This document shows, one piece after another, positions 52,255 to 63,096 of a stretch of DNA of 64,000 nucleotides. This DNA is from an uncultured delta proteobacterium (lineage in GTDB: Bacteria; Desulfobacterota; Binatia; UBA9968): contig CAWDPO010000010.1 in assembly GCA_963804165.1 (NCBI GenBank), positions 128,001 through 192,000 of the forward strand. Reading direction: 5' to 3'. Under the pieces are notes generated by a model. The model ran no database searches. It worked only from the letters and a program-made list of their open reading frames with translations, and was not told the DNA's origin. How positions within the stretch are numbered: position 1 is the stretch's first letter; each line of letters begins with the position of its first letter. Position numbers and translations under genes: made by a program.

Positions 52255-52994
52255 AGCGGGCTCCATCGGCGCGCGATCAACGCCGGCGAACGGGCTAACA
52301 TGCCGAAGAACAAGGTCGCGTGCAGGCGCGAGATGAGAAAGCTATCAAGCCAGCCGCGAAAATGCGAGACGCCGTCGCTGGGGTAACTGACCTGCGTCGG
52401 TAGATTGATAATTTCCAATCCCGCCCAATGGAGCCGCACGAGCACCTCGATGTCGAAACTCATACGTTCGGCAAGCTTATACCGCCGATCGAGCTCGATC
52501 ATGGCGGGCAATGGATAAACGCGAAATCCGCACATCGAGTCTTTGATTTGCCGCGACAAAGTATTGATCGATACCCAGACATGGGTCAGATATCGGGCGC
52601 ACAAACGCAGCGGCGGCGCAGTCTCGTCATATTGCGGGCAGCCGACGATCAGCGCCCGCGGCTTCGCCGCGGCTTGCTCAAGAAAGCGCGGAATATCAGC
52701 GGACCGGTGCTGGCCGTCTGCATCGATCTGCAGCGCATGGCTGTAACCTACTCGGGCGGCGTGGCGAATTGCGGTCATAACGGCGCCGCCCTTGCCACGA
52801 TTGATCGGATGGCGCAGCACGGTGATCTGCTCGGGTCTGGCGGCAACTAATTCGTCGAGCACGGCGGCGCACGCCGCTGCGCTGCCGTCGTCGACGAGGA
52901 TGCAAGGCAATTGCTGCGTAAGAACTCCCTCCACGACAGCACCGACTGCTCGCTCGTGGTTATAGACAGGGATGATGACGCAGGGCTTAAACAT
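52251..52994 (-). CDS. Glycosyltransferase family 2 (ApeJ N-terminal-like)
   Basis: IPVYNH, VDDGS, GKGGAV, DADGQH and DSMCGFR. Confidence 0.88.
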   Translation of the reverse strand: MFKPCVIIPVYNHERAVGAVVEGVLTQQLPCILVDDGSAAACAAVLDELVAARPEQITVLRHPINRGKGGAVMTAIRHAARVGYSHALQIDADGQHRSADIPRFLEQAAAKPRALIVGCPQYDETAPPLRLCARYLTHVWVSINTLSRQIKDSMCGFRVYPLPAMIELDRRYKLAERMSFDIEVLVRLHWAGLEIINLPTQVSYPSDGVSHFRGWLDSFLISRLHATLFFGMLARSPALIARRWSPL

Positions 52995-54714
52995 TTCCCG
53001 CTCCGAAAATAATTCGTCCTTTGGCATGGGCGCCGAGACGGGAAGTAATTTTGAAAGCCAACGCCGATTTGGCGGCTTCATGGACCAACTCGAGCACGAT
53101 GGCCGTCTCGGGCGGAATCAAGCGCATGAATTTGAGTGCATGGAGACCACGGAAAACAGGCGGTAAATCGAAGCATTGCCGTCCGTAAGTGATCACCCAA
53201 TCGACCTGCACCACGCCCGGTAAAATCGGCCGTCCTGAAAAATGGCCGTCGAAGTAGAGTAAATTGCGGGGCGCGGTCAACTCGAACACGGCGCGCTGGG
53301 CGCTTTTTTCGATAAGCCGTCCTTGGGGTTGAGTGGGCTGGAGTGACTTGGGCTCTAACAAAGAGAGCAGGTCAGCATAGGTGGTTTTGCCTTGAGCATT
53401 GACCGGAAGCGCATCGAGATAGCGCCAGATTCGCGGCAGGCCCACGGGTTCAATCGATTCGTTTAACAGATTGCGCAGCAAGCGACTAAATACTCGTTTG
53501 CCCTGCGCGATCAATTGGCCGCGCCCGGACTCCGACGTCACCACAAAAGCCGCGACCTGTTGGCGCCGTCCTTCGATCACGAACACGCGCGCGGCACGAA
53601 CCCAAGGCGATGCCGTAAGGAGCGACTCGATCGCGCGCAACGATATTCGCTTGCCCTCGATCTTGGCGATCTGATCGACGCGCCCGCCGAGAACGAACTG
53701 ACCATTGCCCGCGGACTCCGCGCGGTCAGCCAAGCGCAACCAATGTTTGTCCGGCAGATGCGCTGAACTGACTTCGAGCACATGTTCCCGGGGATCGACA
53801 CGCCAGCTCACTCCCGGCAGTGGAGTCCAAGCTTCGTTTGCCGTCGTCTCTTGTTGGCGATACGCGATGCCACCGGTCTCCGAGCTGCCATAGACTTCGA
53901 TCGGCACCTGGCGGAGAAGCCGCGCGCACTCTCGCGCAACGTCGAACGACAGCGGGCCACCGGACGAGAATACGGCGCGCAGTCGGGTTGCCGCCCTGGT
54001 CCAAGCGGGGTTTTCGGGCAATCGTTTCAAATGCGCCGGACTCGACACCAGGATCGCCTCCCGAGCGGCTAACGTTTTCTCCAGTTCTTCGTAGTACGAG
54101 AAACTTTGCGCATGGATTGCACGGCCGGCAGCTAACGGCCACAGCACGTTGAACAATAACCCGTAGATATGTTGATGCGACACCGTAGCGATGATGTCAG
54201 CCGCGCCAAGCGAAGCACCAAATTGCTTTTCAAGGGTGGCTACCTCTGTTGCCAATTGCGCCAGCTTTTTTGGAATCGCTTGGGCTGCGCCGGTGGTGCC
54301 AGAGGTATAGAGCACTAGGCCGGCAAATTCCGGATTGAGCCGGTCAAACCCCTCCATGGCACCACAAAAATCTTGTGCCGATGGTGTTTTCGGCTTCCAC
54401 ACCGCGGCAAATTCTCCCAAATAGCCATCCACCGTCTGGCGAATGGTAGCGCAGGTGGTGGGCAAGCTATCGCCGGGTAAGTAAATGGTCTTGCCGGCAT
54501 GCCAGGCGGCGAAAAGCGCGGCGGCAAACTCGACGGCGTCGGTGTGATGGAGAGCGAAGCCTTGCCCCGGCACGCGTTGAAGCAAAACGCGCCATGCGCC
54601 CGCGCGATCAAGAAACTCTTGCCAGGATATGGCGCGTCCCCGTCGCCATGCAACGATATCACCGGGCGAGCGCGGCGAGTTTAGTCGCTCCAACAGATCG
54701 AGCGTGTCAACCAT
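52987..54714 (-). CDS. AMP-binding acyl-ACP synthetase fused to a hotdog dehydratase (ApeH-ApeI-like)
   Basis: YTSGTTG, HQHIYGLLF, YGSSETGG and NAQGK; C-terminal FDGHFSGRPILPGVVQ. Confidence 0.86.
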   Translation of the reverse strand: MVDTLDLLERLNSPRSPGDIVAWRRGRAISWQEFLDRAGAWRVLLQRVPGQGFALHHTDAVEFAAALFAAWHAGKTIYLPGDSLPTTCATIRQTVDGYLGEFAAVWKPKTPSAQDFCGAMEGFDRLNPEFAGLVLYTSGTTGAAQAIPKKLAQLATEVATLEKQFGASLGAADIIATVSHQHIYGLLFNVLWPLAAGRAIHAQSFSYYEELEKTLAAREAILVSSPAHLKRLPENPAWTRAATRLRAVFSSGGPLSFDVARECARLLRQVPIEVYGSSETGGIAYRQQETTANEAWTPLPGVSWRVDPREHVLEVSSAHLPDKHWLRLADRAESAGNGQFVLGGRVDQIAKIEGKRISLRAIESLLTASPWVRAARVFVIEGRRQQVAAFVVTSESGRGQLIAQGKRVFSRLLRNLLNESIEPVGLPRIWRYLDALPVNAQGKTTYADLLSLLEPKSLQPTQPQGRLIEKSAQRAVFELTAPRNLLYFDGHFSGRPILPGVVQVDWVITYGRQCFDLPPVFRGLHALKFMRLIPPETAIVLELVHEAAKSALAFKITSRLGAHAKGRIIFGAGNV

Positions 54715-55267
54715 GATGCCGCCTCTTGAAGCGCCAGCGGACACAGTACTCCCCGGCAAACAGAAGCCCCATGAGGACATACGCGATCAAGCCGTTATAA
54801 AGCGTCCAGACAACCGCCGGTGTCCACAGCGCGGTAAAAAGCGCGATGATCCCGTTGACGGCGAAAAATACGCACCAGACTTGCGTTACACGGCGTGTGT
54901 ACAGGACCGCGGCGACGGGAAGATCCGGCTCGCGTGCACGGGCGATCCGTTCAATCATCGTCGGCGGCACGACCAGGCTATAGGCAAACAAGCCCAACAG
55001 TCCGGCGTTGACCAGTACGGGATAGAGCTTCAATGGCAACGGCGCGTTGGCCCACAAGGTCAATGCGCAGAGCAACAGAGTTCCGCCCGTCCACCAAGCC
55101 CAACCCTTATCACTTTTCACCACCGACAGTCTAAACAGCGCGACGAGCAAGAGCAGAAGCGCGAGGTAGCGCGGCTCCAATTGTCCTTGTCCGAGCCAGA
55201 TCGCGAGCGGATAGATCAGCACGATAGCGATCGTCAAAAAGCTCAGCAGGCGACGCACTCGGATCAC
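54707..55267 (-). CDS. Membrane protein, COG4648/ApeG-like
   Basis: LKLYPVLVN, YTRRVTQVW, WTLYNG and FAGEY. Confidence 0.8.
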   Translation of the reverse strand: MIRVRRLLSFLTIAIVLIYPLAIWLGQGQLEPRYLALLLLLVALFRLSVVKSDKGWAWWTGGTLLLCALTLWANAPLPLKLYPVLVNAGLLGLFAYSLVVPPTMIERIARAREPDLPVAAVLYTRRVTQVWCVFFAVNGIIALFTALWTPAVVWTLYNGLIAYVLMGLLFAGEYCVRWRFKRRHHG

Positions 55268-55527
55268 TCCATTGCCAAACCAGCCAAGGCGTCGACGACG
55301 TCCCGCACCGTGCGCACACTTTTGAAGACCTCCGGTTGCAGCCTCTTGCCGGTCAATTGTTTGAGCTTCACGGCAATATCAACCGCGTCGATGCTATCGA
55401 TATCGAGATCCGTGTACAAATTCGCGTCTAAGGTTATTTTCGCTTTGTCCAACTCGAACATCTCGTGCAAAATATTGACCAACCAGGCGTAGATTTCTTC
55501 CCGGTTCATCGGAATTGGCGCAGTCAT
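55264..55527 (-). CDS. Acyl carrier protein, ApeF-like
   Basis: DLDIDSIDAVD and FKSVRTV. Confidence 0.88.
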   Translation of the reverse strand: MTAPIPMNREEIYAWLVNILHEMFELDKAKITLDANLYTDLDIDSIDAVDIAVKLKQLTGKRLQPEVFKSVRTVRDVVDALAGLAME

Positions 55528-55528
55528 T

Positions 55529-55798
55529 TCAACTTCCCTCGTTTTTAACGTACTCACCGATCATATTCGCGAGCGTACGGACGGACTCGAAGTGACGGCG
55601 GTTTTCCTCGGCGTTAGCCGATAAGGTAATGCCGTAGCGCTTTTGGATCGCAACTCCGAGTTCGAGCGCATCGATGGAGTCCAACCCGAGTCCGTCGACA
55701 AACAGGGGGGCATCGGATTCGATGTCGGTCGGCGTAACGTCTTCGAGTTGCAACACATCGATGATCAGTTGTTTTATTTCATCTTCAAGCGACTGCAT
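55529..55798 (-). CDS. Acyl carrier protein, ApeE-like
   Basis: GLGLDSIDALEL. Confidence 0.88.
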   Translation of the reverse strand: MQSLEDEIKQLIIDVLQLEDVTPTDIESDAPLFVDGLGLDSIDALELGVAIQKRYGITLSANAEENRRHFESVRTLANMIGEYVKNEGS

Positions 55799-56555
55799 GA
55801 CGGCCATTTTCCTTCGTGAAGTAGGATTGCAAATGTTCGGTCAGATGGCGCGCGGCCAAAGCCTCGCTGCCCGCGCTCCCGACAAAAGGTTGAATATCGA
55901 TGTCCTCTTTCACCTCGATATTAAATTGGGAAGCCTGCGACGGCAACCGCCACCACTTCACTCCCTTGGCGAGCATCGCCGGCCGGCATCGGATAAGGAC
56001 CGGCGTGATATTTCGCGAGGCGCGCACCGCGATATTGGCGGCGCCGCGTTTCAGGGAAATCGAACCGTCCGACGGCGTGCGCGTACCTTCAGGGAAGATG
56101 ATCAGAGAGTTGCCACTGTGAATCGCCGCGACGCAGTCATCGATCAGACCCACACTGTCATCGTCGTTGCGAACGAACGCCGCGGCATAGACGGTAGCAT
56201 GAGTAAACGGGTTGCGCCAAAGCGCGCTTTTGATAATGCAGCTGGCGCGCTTGGCGAACGCCATGAGAAACACAATATCGATCAACGTCGGGTGATTGGC
56301 GAGAATCAGCAGCCCCTCGCGCTGGAGCTTCTCAGAACCTTTGAATTCATACTGAAACACACCCATCGCGCGCATGGAACGGACGATGCAGCGAAACGTA
56401 AATCCGATCAAGTCCCGCGCCATGGCGGTGCGCCGTTCACGGCGCCGGATCAGTACGTTGAGCACGGGAAAAACGATCACGCCACCGATACCGACTGCGA
56501 GAAAACCTAACCCCGTTCCAAATACCCGCCAAAAATGACCCACCTTATTTAGCAT
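55785..56555 (-). CDS. Lysophospholipid acyltransferase family protein, ApeD-like
   Basis: ANHPTLID, FPEGTR and RGAANIA. Confidence 0.85.
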   Translation of the reverse strand: MLNKVGHFWRVFGTGLGFLAVGIGGVIVFPVLNVLIRRRERRTAMARDLIGFTFRCIVRSMRAMGVFQYEFKGSEKLQREGLLILANHPTLIDIVFLMAFAKRASCIIKSALWRNPFTHATVYAAAFVRNDDDSVGLIDDCVAAIHSGNSLIIFPEGTRTPSDGSISLKRGAANIAVRASRNITPVLIRCRPAMLAKGVKWWRLPSQASQFNIEVKEDIDIQPFVGSAGSEALAARHLTEHLQSYFTKENGRHAVA

Positions 56556-57282
56556 GACGAGTCCAAATCCATTGCCGCCCGTCGGAAGCACGTTCCAGAA
56601 CTCGGCCCATGAGGAGGAAAAACCGGAAAATTTCCAAGCCACCCGGCAAACCGTTATGTGACCGAACATTCTTTCCGGCGCGCCAGCGGAGCGAGTAGCC
56701 ATCCTCGCGCGCCGGTTTAAGCAGCCAAGCCCAGGCAAACGGTCGTTCATCGCAATCTTCAAACGAGGCGTAGATCGTCGGCAGAGGGCAATCGTAAACG
56801 ACCAGCAATACTTCCGTAGTGCCCTCGGCGAGCAATCCGCAAGCTTCGATCACCGCATGCTCCACGCCGCTCGCGCCGGCGGAGAGCGCGATGCTATTCG
56901 CATGATCGGCGCGCGCAATCGAAAACAGCCCCGCAGTGGCATTGTGAACGGACAAGCCAAAGGAGGTCGGAGAAAGCGGTGCTCTCTTGGCAAGATCGGT
57001 CAATAGCTCGACGGAGCGCAAGGCCTCACCGTGACGAGAGCAAAATATCGTCGGCACGTCAACTTTTTGCCCGAGACAATCATACGCGACTTCGAGAGCC
57101 ATTTTACTGAGAAAACCCGCCCGCCGCCGCAGCATAGGTGCCATGGCTTTAACCGGAGGCTCGCGATCGCCGTTAAAGCCAATCTCTCCTCTCGCCCACG
57201 CCATCCAGGCGTCGCGTGTCTCCACTCCGGGAGCCCACGCAGCGAAAGACGCGACGGAAAAACTGACAACCTGGTTGTCCAC
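56545..57282 (-). CDS. Ketosynthase chain-length factor, ApeC-like
   Basis: PMLRRR, SRHGE and LSPTSFGLSVHN. Confidence 0.85.
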   Translation of the reverse strand: MDNQVVSFSVASFAAWAPGVETRDAWMAWARGEIGFNGDREPPVKAMAPMLRRRAGFLSKMALEVAYDCLGQKVDVPTIFCSRHGEALRSVELLTDLAKRAPLSPTSFGLSVHNATAGLFSIARADHANSIALSAGASGVEHAVIEACGLLAEGTTEVLLVVYDCPLPTIYASFEDCDERPFAWAWLLKPAREDGYSLRWRAGKNVRSHNGLPGGLEIFRFFLLMGRVLERASDGRQWIWTRHAK

Positions 57283-57539
57283 GGTTAGTCTATTCGTAAT
57301 GCCGCGAAATACCGGCTCGTGCGAAGCTTAACGGGGAGAATTATCGTTCATTCGACAAGTCGCGCGCAAGTTCAAATCCCAGTGTTACGCACAGCACAGC
57401 CTAGGTAATAATCGAAAGCTGACTAGGGAGTCAAATGAACATTTCAGCGAATACGAACGCGATCTGGGAGTCGGCCGATAGCTGGAAGTATTTTTTAAGG
57501 CCTAGTGTCGTTTCGATCAGGAATCGATCCATCGCAATA

Positions 57540-58266
57540 CTATTTTGCCGCAACAAAAAGAGCTTCTTTCAGCGTGACCGTGCCGCTGTACAGCGCCTTC
57601 CCCACGATCACTCCTTCAACACCATCTTTCTCCAGTGGTAGAAGTTTCTTTATGTCCTCCAGCGTCGCGACGCCGCCGGAAGCGATGACGGGAATTTTCA
57701 CTGCGATCGCGATCTTGAGTGTCTCCTCAAGATTCACCCCTTCGCGCGTGCCGTCGCGGTCGATGTCGGTGTAGATGATCCGCGTGGCGCCGTCAGCTTC
57801 ACAGCGTTTGGCGAGCTCGACGGCCTCCATCGCGGTGGTTTCTTTCCAACCTTTCACCGCGACTTTGCCATCGCGGGCATCGATGCCGACGACGATCTTG
57901 CCGGGAAATCTTTTGCACAGAGCGCGAAGAAATTCCGCGTTGTCATAGGCGGCGGTGCCAATGACGACGCGGGACACGCCGAGATTCATGGCAGCTTCGA
58001 CGGCCTCGACGGATCTCAATCCGCCCCCGAGCTCTACGGATAGTCCAGGCTGCCGGCAGATCGCGGCAACTTCTCTGGTGTGAACCGGATGGCCCTCTAC
58101 CGCGCCGTTCAAATCGACGATGTGAATGAACCGCGCGCCTTCGGAAAGCCAATGCTGGGCCGCTGTCGACGGGATCTTCGAAGTAAATCGTCTCCTTGTC
58201 CATCTCTCCCTGAAAGAGACGAACACACCGGCCGTCTTTCAAATCGATCGCGGGAATGATCAGCAT
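57540..58266 (-). CDS. hisA: ProFAR isomerase HisA (frameshift near 58168)
   Basis: [36 protein letters not shown] and IASGG. Confidence 0.92.
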
Positions 58267-58270
58267 GAAA

Positions 58271-58889
58271 TCAATTGGCAGCTACGAAACGACCGAAGTT
58301 GGCGAGAATGCGCAGTCCGAGTTCCTGACTCTTCTCCGGATGAAACTGGCAGGCAAAGAGCCGCTCGGTCACGATGCTGGAAACGAACGAACTGCCATAA
58401 TCGGTCGTCGTAGCAACCAGTCGATCGGTCATCGGGCACAACGTAAAACGAATGCACGAAATAGACGTAATCGCCGCTGGAAATTCCCTCGAGAAACGGT
58501 GATTCGGTTTTTTTCTCGATCCGGTTCCAGCCCATGTGCGGAACTTTGAGATTTTCATTAGCGTGAAAACCGACGACTTTTCCGGAAAAAAGATCGAGCC
58601 CTTTCTGTTTGCCGAACTCCTCACTTTCGGAAAACAGCAGCTGAAAACCGAGGCAGATGCCAAGAAACGGTTTGTTCTGTCGCACGACCTCGCGCACCGG
58701 CTCGATGAGCCCAAACTTGCCGAGATTTTCCATGCACGCACTGAACGCCCCAACTCCCGGCAAAACGACGCCGCGCGCCGCTTGAATCTGACCGACATCG
58801 CGGGTTACGACGACGTCGAAACCAACGCGCTCCAGCGCCTTCTGAACGCTGCGCAGATTGCCCATCCCATAGTCGACAATGGCGATCAT
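58271..58889 (-). CDS. hisH: Imidazole glycerol phosphate synthase glutaminase subunit (frameshift near 58420)
   Basis: DYGMGNL, PGVG, GICLG, PHMGWN and YFVHS; QFHPEKS in a shifted frame. Confidence 0.92.
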
Positions 58890-58893
58890 ATCC

Positions 58894-58924
58894 TAAACGA
58901 TTTGAACGAGCTTGAACGATTAAC
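58894..58924 (+). repeat. Degenerate TTGAACGA tandem array
   Basis: taaacgat ttgaacgagc ttgaacgat taac in the hisB-hisH spacer. Confidence 0.6.
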
Positions 58925-58926
58925 TT

Positions 58927-59514
58927 TTATAGGCTCCCCTTCGTCGACAGCACGCCTTGCACCCGTGGATCGACTTGCGTGGCAAAATCCATCGCGCGGG
59001 CGAAAGCTTTAAAGCAAGCTTCAATGATATGGTGCGGATTCTCGCCGCGCGGCACATCGATGTGCAGGTTCATGCCAAGCTGATTGGCGAACGCGGCAAA
59101 AAATTCATGCGGCAAGTCGGTATCGAAATCGCCGACGCGACCCGGGCGGATTTTCACGTTGTAGGAGAGATAGGGCCGGCCACTCAAGTCGACAACCACC
59201 TTCGCCAGAGTTTCGTCGAGCGGGCAACTCGCTTCGCCGAAGCGGCGGATGCCGTGCTTATCGCCCAGCGCGTCTTTGAACGCTTGCCCCAACGCTAAGC
59301 CGACGTCTTCCACCGTGTGATGAAAGTCGACGTCGAGATCGCCCTTGGCTCTAATGTCGACGTTAAAAAAACCATGGCGACTGAAAGCGTCCAACATATG
59401 ATTAAAGAAAGGCATGCCGGTCTCGATCGCAGCTTGGCCGCTGCCGTCGATATCCAAGTTGATCGCGATGTCCGTTTCTTTGGTCTTGCGCTTGACCGTC
59501 GCCTTGCGTGCCAT
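58927..59514 (-). CDS. hisB: Imidazoleglycerol-phosphate dehydratase
   Basis: [21 protein letters not shown] and STKG. Confidence 0.95.
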   Translation of the reverse strand: MARKATVKRKTKETDIAINLDIDGSGQAAIETGMPFFNHMLDAFSRHGFFNVDIRAKGDLDVDFHHTVEDVGLALGQAFKDALGDKHGIRRFGEASCPLDETLAKVVVDLSGRPYLSYNVKIRPGRVGDFDTDLPHEFFAAFANQLGMNLHIDVPRGENPHHIIEACFKAFARAMDFATQVDPRVQGVLSTKGSL

Positions 59515-59527
59515 AGAGACTCCTCAA

Positions 59528-60814
59528 TTATCTAAATCGCGCCTCCACCGAGCGCGCGTGATCGTCCAACCCTTCCAGTCGCGCCAAATGCGTGATTTTC
59601 GACGCCAACGTTTTTAGCGCGCGCCTCTCGGCGTGTATCACCGTCGTGCGCTTGAGAAAATCATAAGTTCCGAGCGGCGAAAAAAACCGCGCGCTGCCGC
59701 CCGTCGGCAGCACATGATTCGGTCCGGCGAGATAATCGCCCAGCGGCGGCGGCGAATACGGTCCGAGAAACATCGCGCCGGCGTTATGGATCTCCTTCGC
59801 TAATTTTTGCGGCTCTCTGACGATCAATTCGACGTGTTCCGGCGCGATGGCATTGGCTAATTCGACCATCTCCTTTTTGCCGCGTGCGACGATGATCGCA
59901 CCGTATTTTTCCAGTGATTTAAGCGTGATCGCTTGCCGTTTGGTGCCGCGCAGCCGGTCGTCGACCGCCCTTTGAATTTTCTGCGCCGTCGCCATCGAGG
60001 TCGTCACGCACAAAGCGGCAGCCAATTCGTCATGCTCCGCCTGCGATAACATATCCGCGGCGACATGAACCGGATCTGCCGAATCGTCCGCTAAGAGCAA
60101 AATCTCGCTGGGCCCGGCGATGGAATCGATATTCACCTCACCGAACACCATCCTTTTGGCCGTGGCGACGAAAATATTGCCGGGCCCGACAATCTTATCG
60201 ACCTTGGGAATCGTTTGCGTGCCGAAGGCCAATGCCGCTATGGCTTGCGCGCCGCCGACACGAAAGATGCGATCGACTCCGGCCATGCGCGCTGCGGCGA
60301 GAATGATCGCACCATTGTTGCCGATGGGCGAACACATCATGATTTCTTTGACGCCAGCCACTTTGGCGGGAATCGCATTCATCAAAACGGTCGATGGGTA
60401 GGACGCCTTGCCGCCCGGCACGTAAACGCCGACACGCGCCAGCGGCGTAATTCGCTGGCCGAGTATCATGCCGAGTGGATCGCGGTATTGCCAGCTTTTT
60501 TGCAGTTGGCGGCGGTGAAACGCCGCGATTCGTTTCGCCGCGAGGCGTAAAGTAGACAAATCCTTTTGCGTGACTTGAGCGATCGCGCGCTGGATCTCCG
60601 CGGGCTTTACTTCCAACGTCGCCGCCGTCAAGCGCAGCCGGTCGAACAGCCGGGTATACCGCAACAGCGCCCGATCGCCCTGCTTTTGCACCGCGGCGAC
60701 GATTTCCGACACCCGTTGCTCAACGTTATCTTCGCGCGTGCCGCGCCGCGCCAAGATCCGCATAAGCAACGGTTTAAACCCGTCGTCGGTTGTTTTGACT
60801 AACCTGATTCTCAT
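59528..60814 (-). CDS. hisD: Histidinol dehydrogenase
   Basis: YVPGG, GPGN, AGPSE, QAEHD, APEH and GPNHVLPT. Confidence 0.95.
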   Translation of the reverse strand: MRIRLVKTTDDGFKPLLMRILARRGTREDNVEQRVSEIVAAVQKQGDRALLRYTRLFDRLRLTAATLEVKPAEIQRAIAQVTQKDLSTLRLAAKRIAAFHRRQLQKSWQYRDPLGMILGQRITPLARVGVYVPGGKASYPSTVLMNAIPAKVAGVKEIMMCSPIGNNGAIILAAARMAGVDRIFRVGGAQAIAALAFGTQTIPKVDKIVGPGNIFVATAKRMVFGEVNIDSIAGPSEILLLADDSADPVHVAADMLSQAEHDELAAALCVTTSMATAQKIQRAVDDRLRGTKRQAITLKSLEKYGAIIVARGKKEMVELANAIAPEHVELIVREPQKLAKEIHNAGAMFLGPYSPPPLGDYLAGPNHVLPTGGSARFFSPLGTYDFLKRTTVIHAERRALKTLASKITHLARLEGLDDHARSVEARFR

Positions 60815-60847
60815 GGTTCACGCGTTAGCTAAGATTTTGATTCCCGT

Positions 60848-60886
60848 TTCGAACCCTTGAACTTTTGAACGCTTGAACTATTGAAC
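60848..60886 (+). repeat. TTGAAC tandem array, 5 units at 8 bp period
   Basis: ttcgaaccc ttgaactt ttgaacgc ttgaacta ttgaac in the murA-hisD spacer. Confidence 0.8.
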
Positions 60887-60890
60887 AAAC

Positions 60891-62160
60891 CTACCCCTTC
60901 ACCCGGACGATCTGCGCACCCAACAGTGAAAGTTTCTTTTCGATTCCTTCGTAGCCGCGGTCTAAATGATAGACGCGCGAGACCTCGGTCGTGCCCCTCG
61001 CCACCAAGCCGGCCAGTATCAACGCTACGCTCGCGCGCAAATCGCTTGCCATCACCGGCGCTCCGGACAGCTCGCGCACGCCGCGCACGATCGCGCGATT
61101 GCCTTCCAACTTGATTTGCGCGCCCATTCGGTCCAGTTCCTGGGCGTGCATGAAGCGATTTTCAAAGATCGTTTCGGTAATCACGCTGACACCGTCGGCG
61201 ACGGCCATGAGCACCATCAGCTGCGCCTGCAGATCCGTGGCAAAACCAGGATACGGCAGTGTGGTCACATCGACGCTTTTGATCGCGCCATTTCGCCGCA
61301 CGCGAATTCCCGAGTCATCGGACGTCAAAACCACGCCCGGCCTCTTTGAGCTTGATCAAGAAGGCTTCGAGATGCTCGGTGCGAGCCCCCTTGACCAGGA
61401 CATCGCCCCCCGTGAGCGCCGCCGCGATCACGAAGCTACCGGCTTCGATACGGTCCGGGATGATCCGGTGCGTGATGCCGTGTAATGCGTTCACGCCGTC
61501 GATTTGGATGATATCGCTGCCGGCGCCATGAATTTTGCCGCCCATGCCGTTAAGCGCGTTGGCTAAGTCTTCGATCTCGGGTTCTTTGGCGGCGTTCTCG
61601 ATGAGGGTCGTGCCGTCGGCGAGAGTCGCTGCCATCATGAGATTCTCGGTCGCGCCGACGGACGGCAGATCGAGATAAATCTTCGCGCCGCGCAATTTCG
61701 TCGCCTTGGCCTCCACGTAGCCATGGGTTTGTTCGATCGTCGCTCCCAGCGCCTCGAGTCCCTTCAAATGAAGATTGATCGGACGCGCACCGATCGCGCA
61801 GCCGCCGGGAGTCGAAACGCGCGCCGTCCCAAAACGCGCCACCAACGGTCCAATGACCAGGAATGAAGCGCGCATCGTCCTGACCAAGTCATAGGGCGCT
61901 TCGAAGTTTTTGATGCGGTCCGCGTGTAGAATCACATCGTCTGCGCCATCGAGCCAACGCTGATTGTCGGTTTTTTCGCCGAGACCGGAAAGCAACTTGA
62001 GCGTCGTGCGAATGTCGGCCAAATGGGGAACGCCGTGATATGCGCAGGGTTCCGTGGTCAACAGCGAGGAAATCAATATCGGCAGCGCGGCGTTTTTCGA
62101 GCCGCTTACCGTGACCGCTCCTTCTAAAGTCTTGCCGCCTTGAATGATGATCGTGTCCAC
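60891..62160 (-). CDS. murA: UDP-N-acetylglucosamine 1-carboxyvinyltransferase (frameshift near 61340)
   Basis: [35 protein letters not shown] and HLDRGY. Confidence 0.93.
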
Positions 62161-62172
62161 TAGTGAGTATCC

Positions 62173-63096
62173 TCAGACGGAGTTCAAAAACGCGGCGCGC
62201 TTGCGCGCGACGACGACGCGGTCTTTACCGCCGTAATCCTGATAAATCTTTGCATTGACCAAGCCCGTGTTTGCAAAAAGCGCTGCTACAGACGAGCCCA
62301 TATCCGCGCCGATCTCGACGACCGTGGCACCATTCGCCAACAAATAGTCAAAGGTCTCGGCGGCAATTCGTCGATAATAATCCAGACCATCGACACCGCC
62401 GTCGAGCGCGGCGCGCGGCTCCCAACGGCTCACTGCGGGCTCAAGCTGGGCAATCTCCCCACGGCGAATATACGGCGGATTGGACACGATCAAATGGAAC
62501 GGCTTCTCGGCGTCACGGATCGCTGTAAACAAATCGCCGTGATGAAATTGAATGCGCTCGGCCACACCGTTTCGCTGCGCGTTGATCTGCGCCACCGATA
62601 ACGCCGATTCTGAAAAATCACTCGCCCAGATTTCGGCCCCCGGCAGTTCGCTCGCCAGCGCGATGGCTATGGCGCCGCTGCCGGTGCCCAAATCGAGAAT
62701 CCGAAGCGGCTCAGCGGCGCGCAAATCCACTGCCAGCTTCAATGCGATCTCGACCAGACGTTCCGTTTCCGGCCGCGGAATCAGCACATCGGGCGTCACG
62801 CAAAAATCCAACGACCAGAATTCTTGCAACCCTGTGATGTAAGCGACCGGTTCACGTCGAAGCCGCCGTGATAGGACCATCTCGTACTGTTCACATTGCT
62901 GGCGACTTAACGGCTGATTTGCCGCAACCACGAGGTGTGCGCGGGTCATATTGAGGACATGGCCCAGTAGCAATTCGGCGTCGAGACGGCCGCTGTCGAC
63001 CGCGCCCGACAGCAAGCGCCGCGCGCCTTCGAGCAGTGCTGCTGAAATGCGCGGCGGCGCGCCTTCAATCGCTTGGATCGGCTGATTTGCCGTCAT
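62173..63096 (-). CDS. prmC: Release factor glutamine methyltransferase
   Basis: [21 protein letters not shown] and DGLDYYR. Confidence 0.93.
   Translation of the reverse strand: MTANQPIQAIEGAPPRISAALLEGARRLLSGAVDSGRLDAELLLGHVLNMTRAHLVVAANQPLSRQQCEQYEMVLSRRLRREPVAYITGLQEFWSLDFCVTPDVLIPRPETERLVEIALKLAVDLRAAEPLRILDLGTGSGAIAIALASELPGAEIWASDFSESALSVAQINAQRNGVAERIQFHHGDLFTAIRDAEKPFHLIVSNPPYIRRGEIAQLEPAVSRWEPRAALDGGVDGLDYYRRIAAETFDYLLANGATVVEIGADMGSSVAALFANTGLVNAKIYQDYGGKDRVVVARKRAAFLNSV

Larger units (their letters stand above)
40310..57282 (-). other. Aryl-polyene-type biosynthetic gene cluster
   Basis: 19 co-oriented, mostly overlapping genes in ape-like order (CLF, AT, 2xACP ... KS, DH, KR, KS). 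Confidence 0.85.

Noticed and set aside
54629-55492. 287-aa plus-strand ORF across the ACP and membrane-protein genes
   Set aside because: Antisense shadow of recognisable cluster genes
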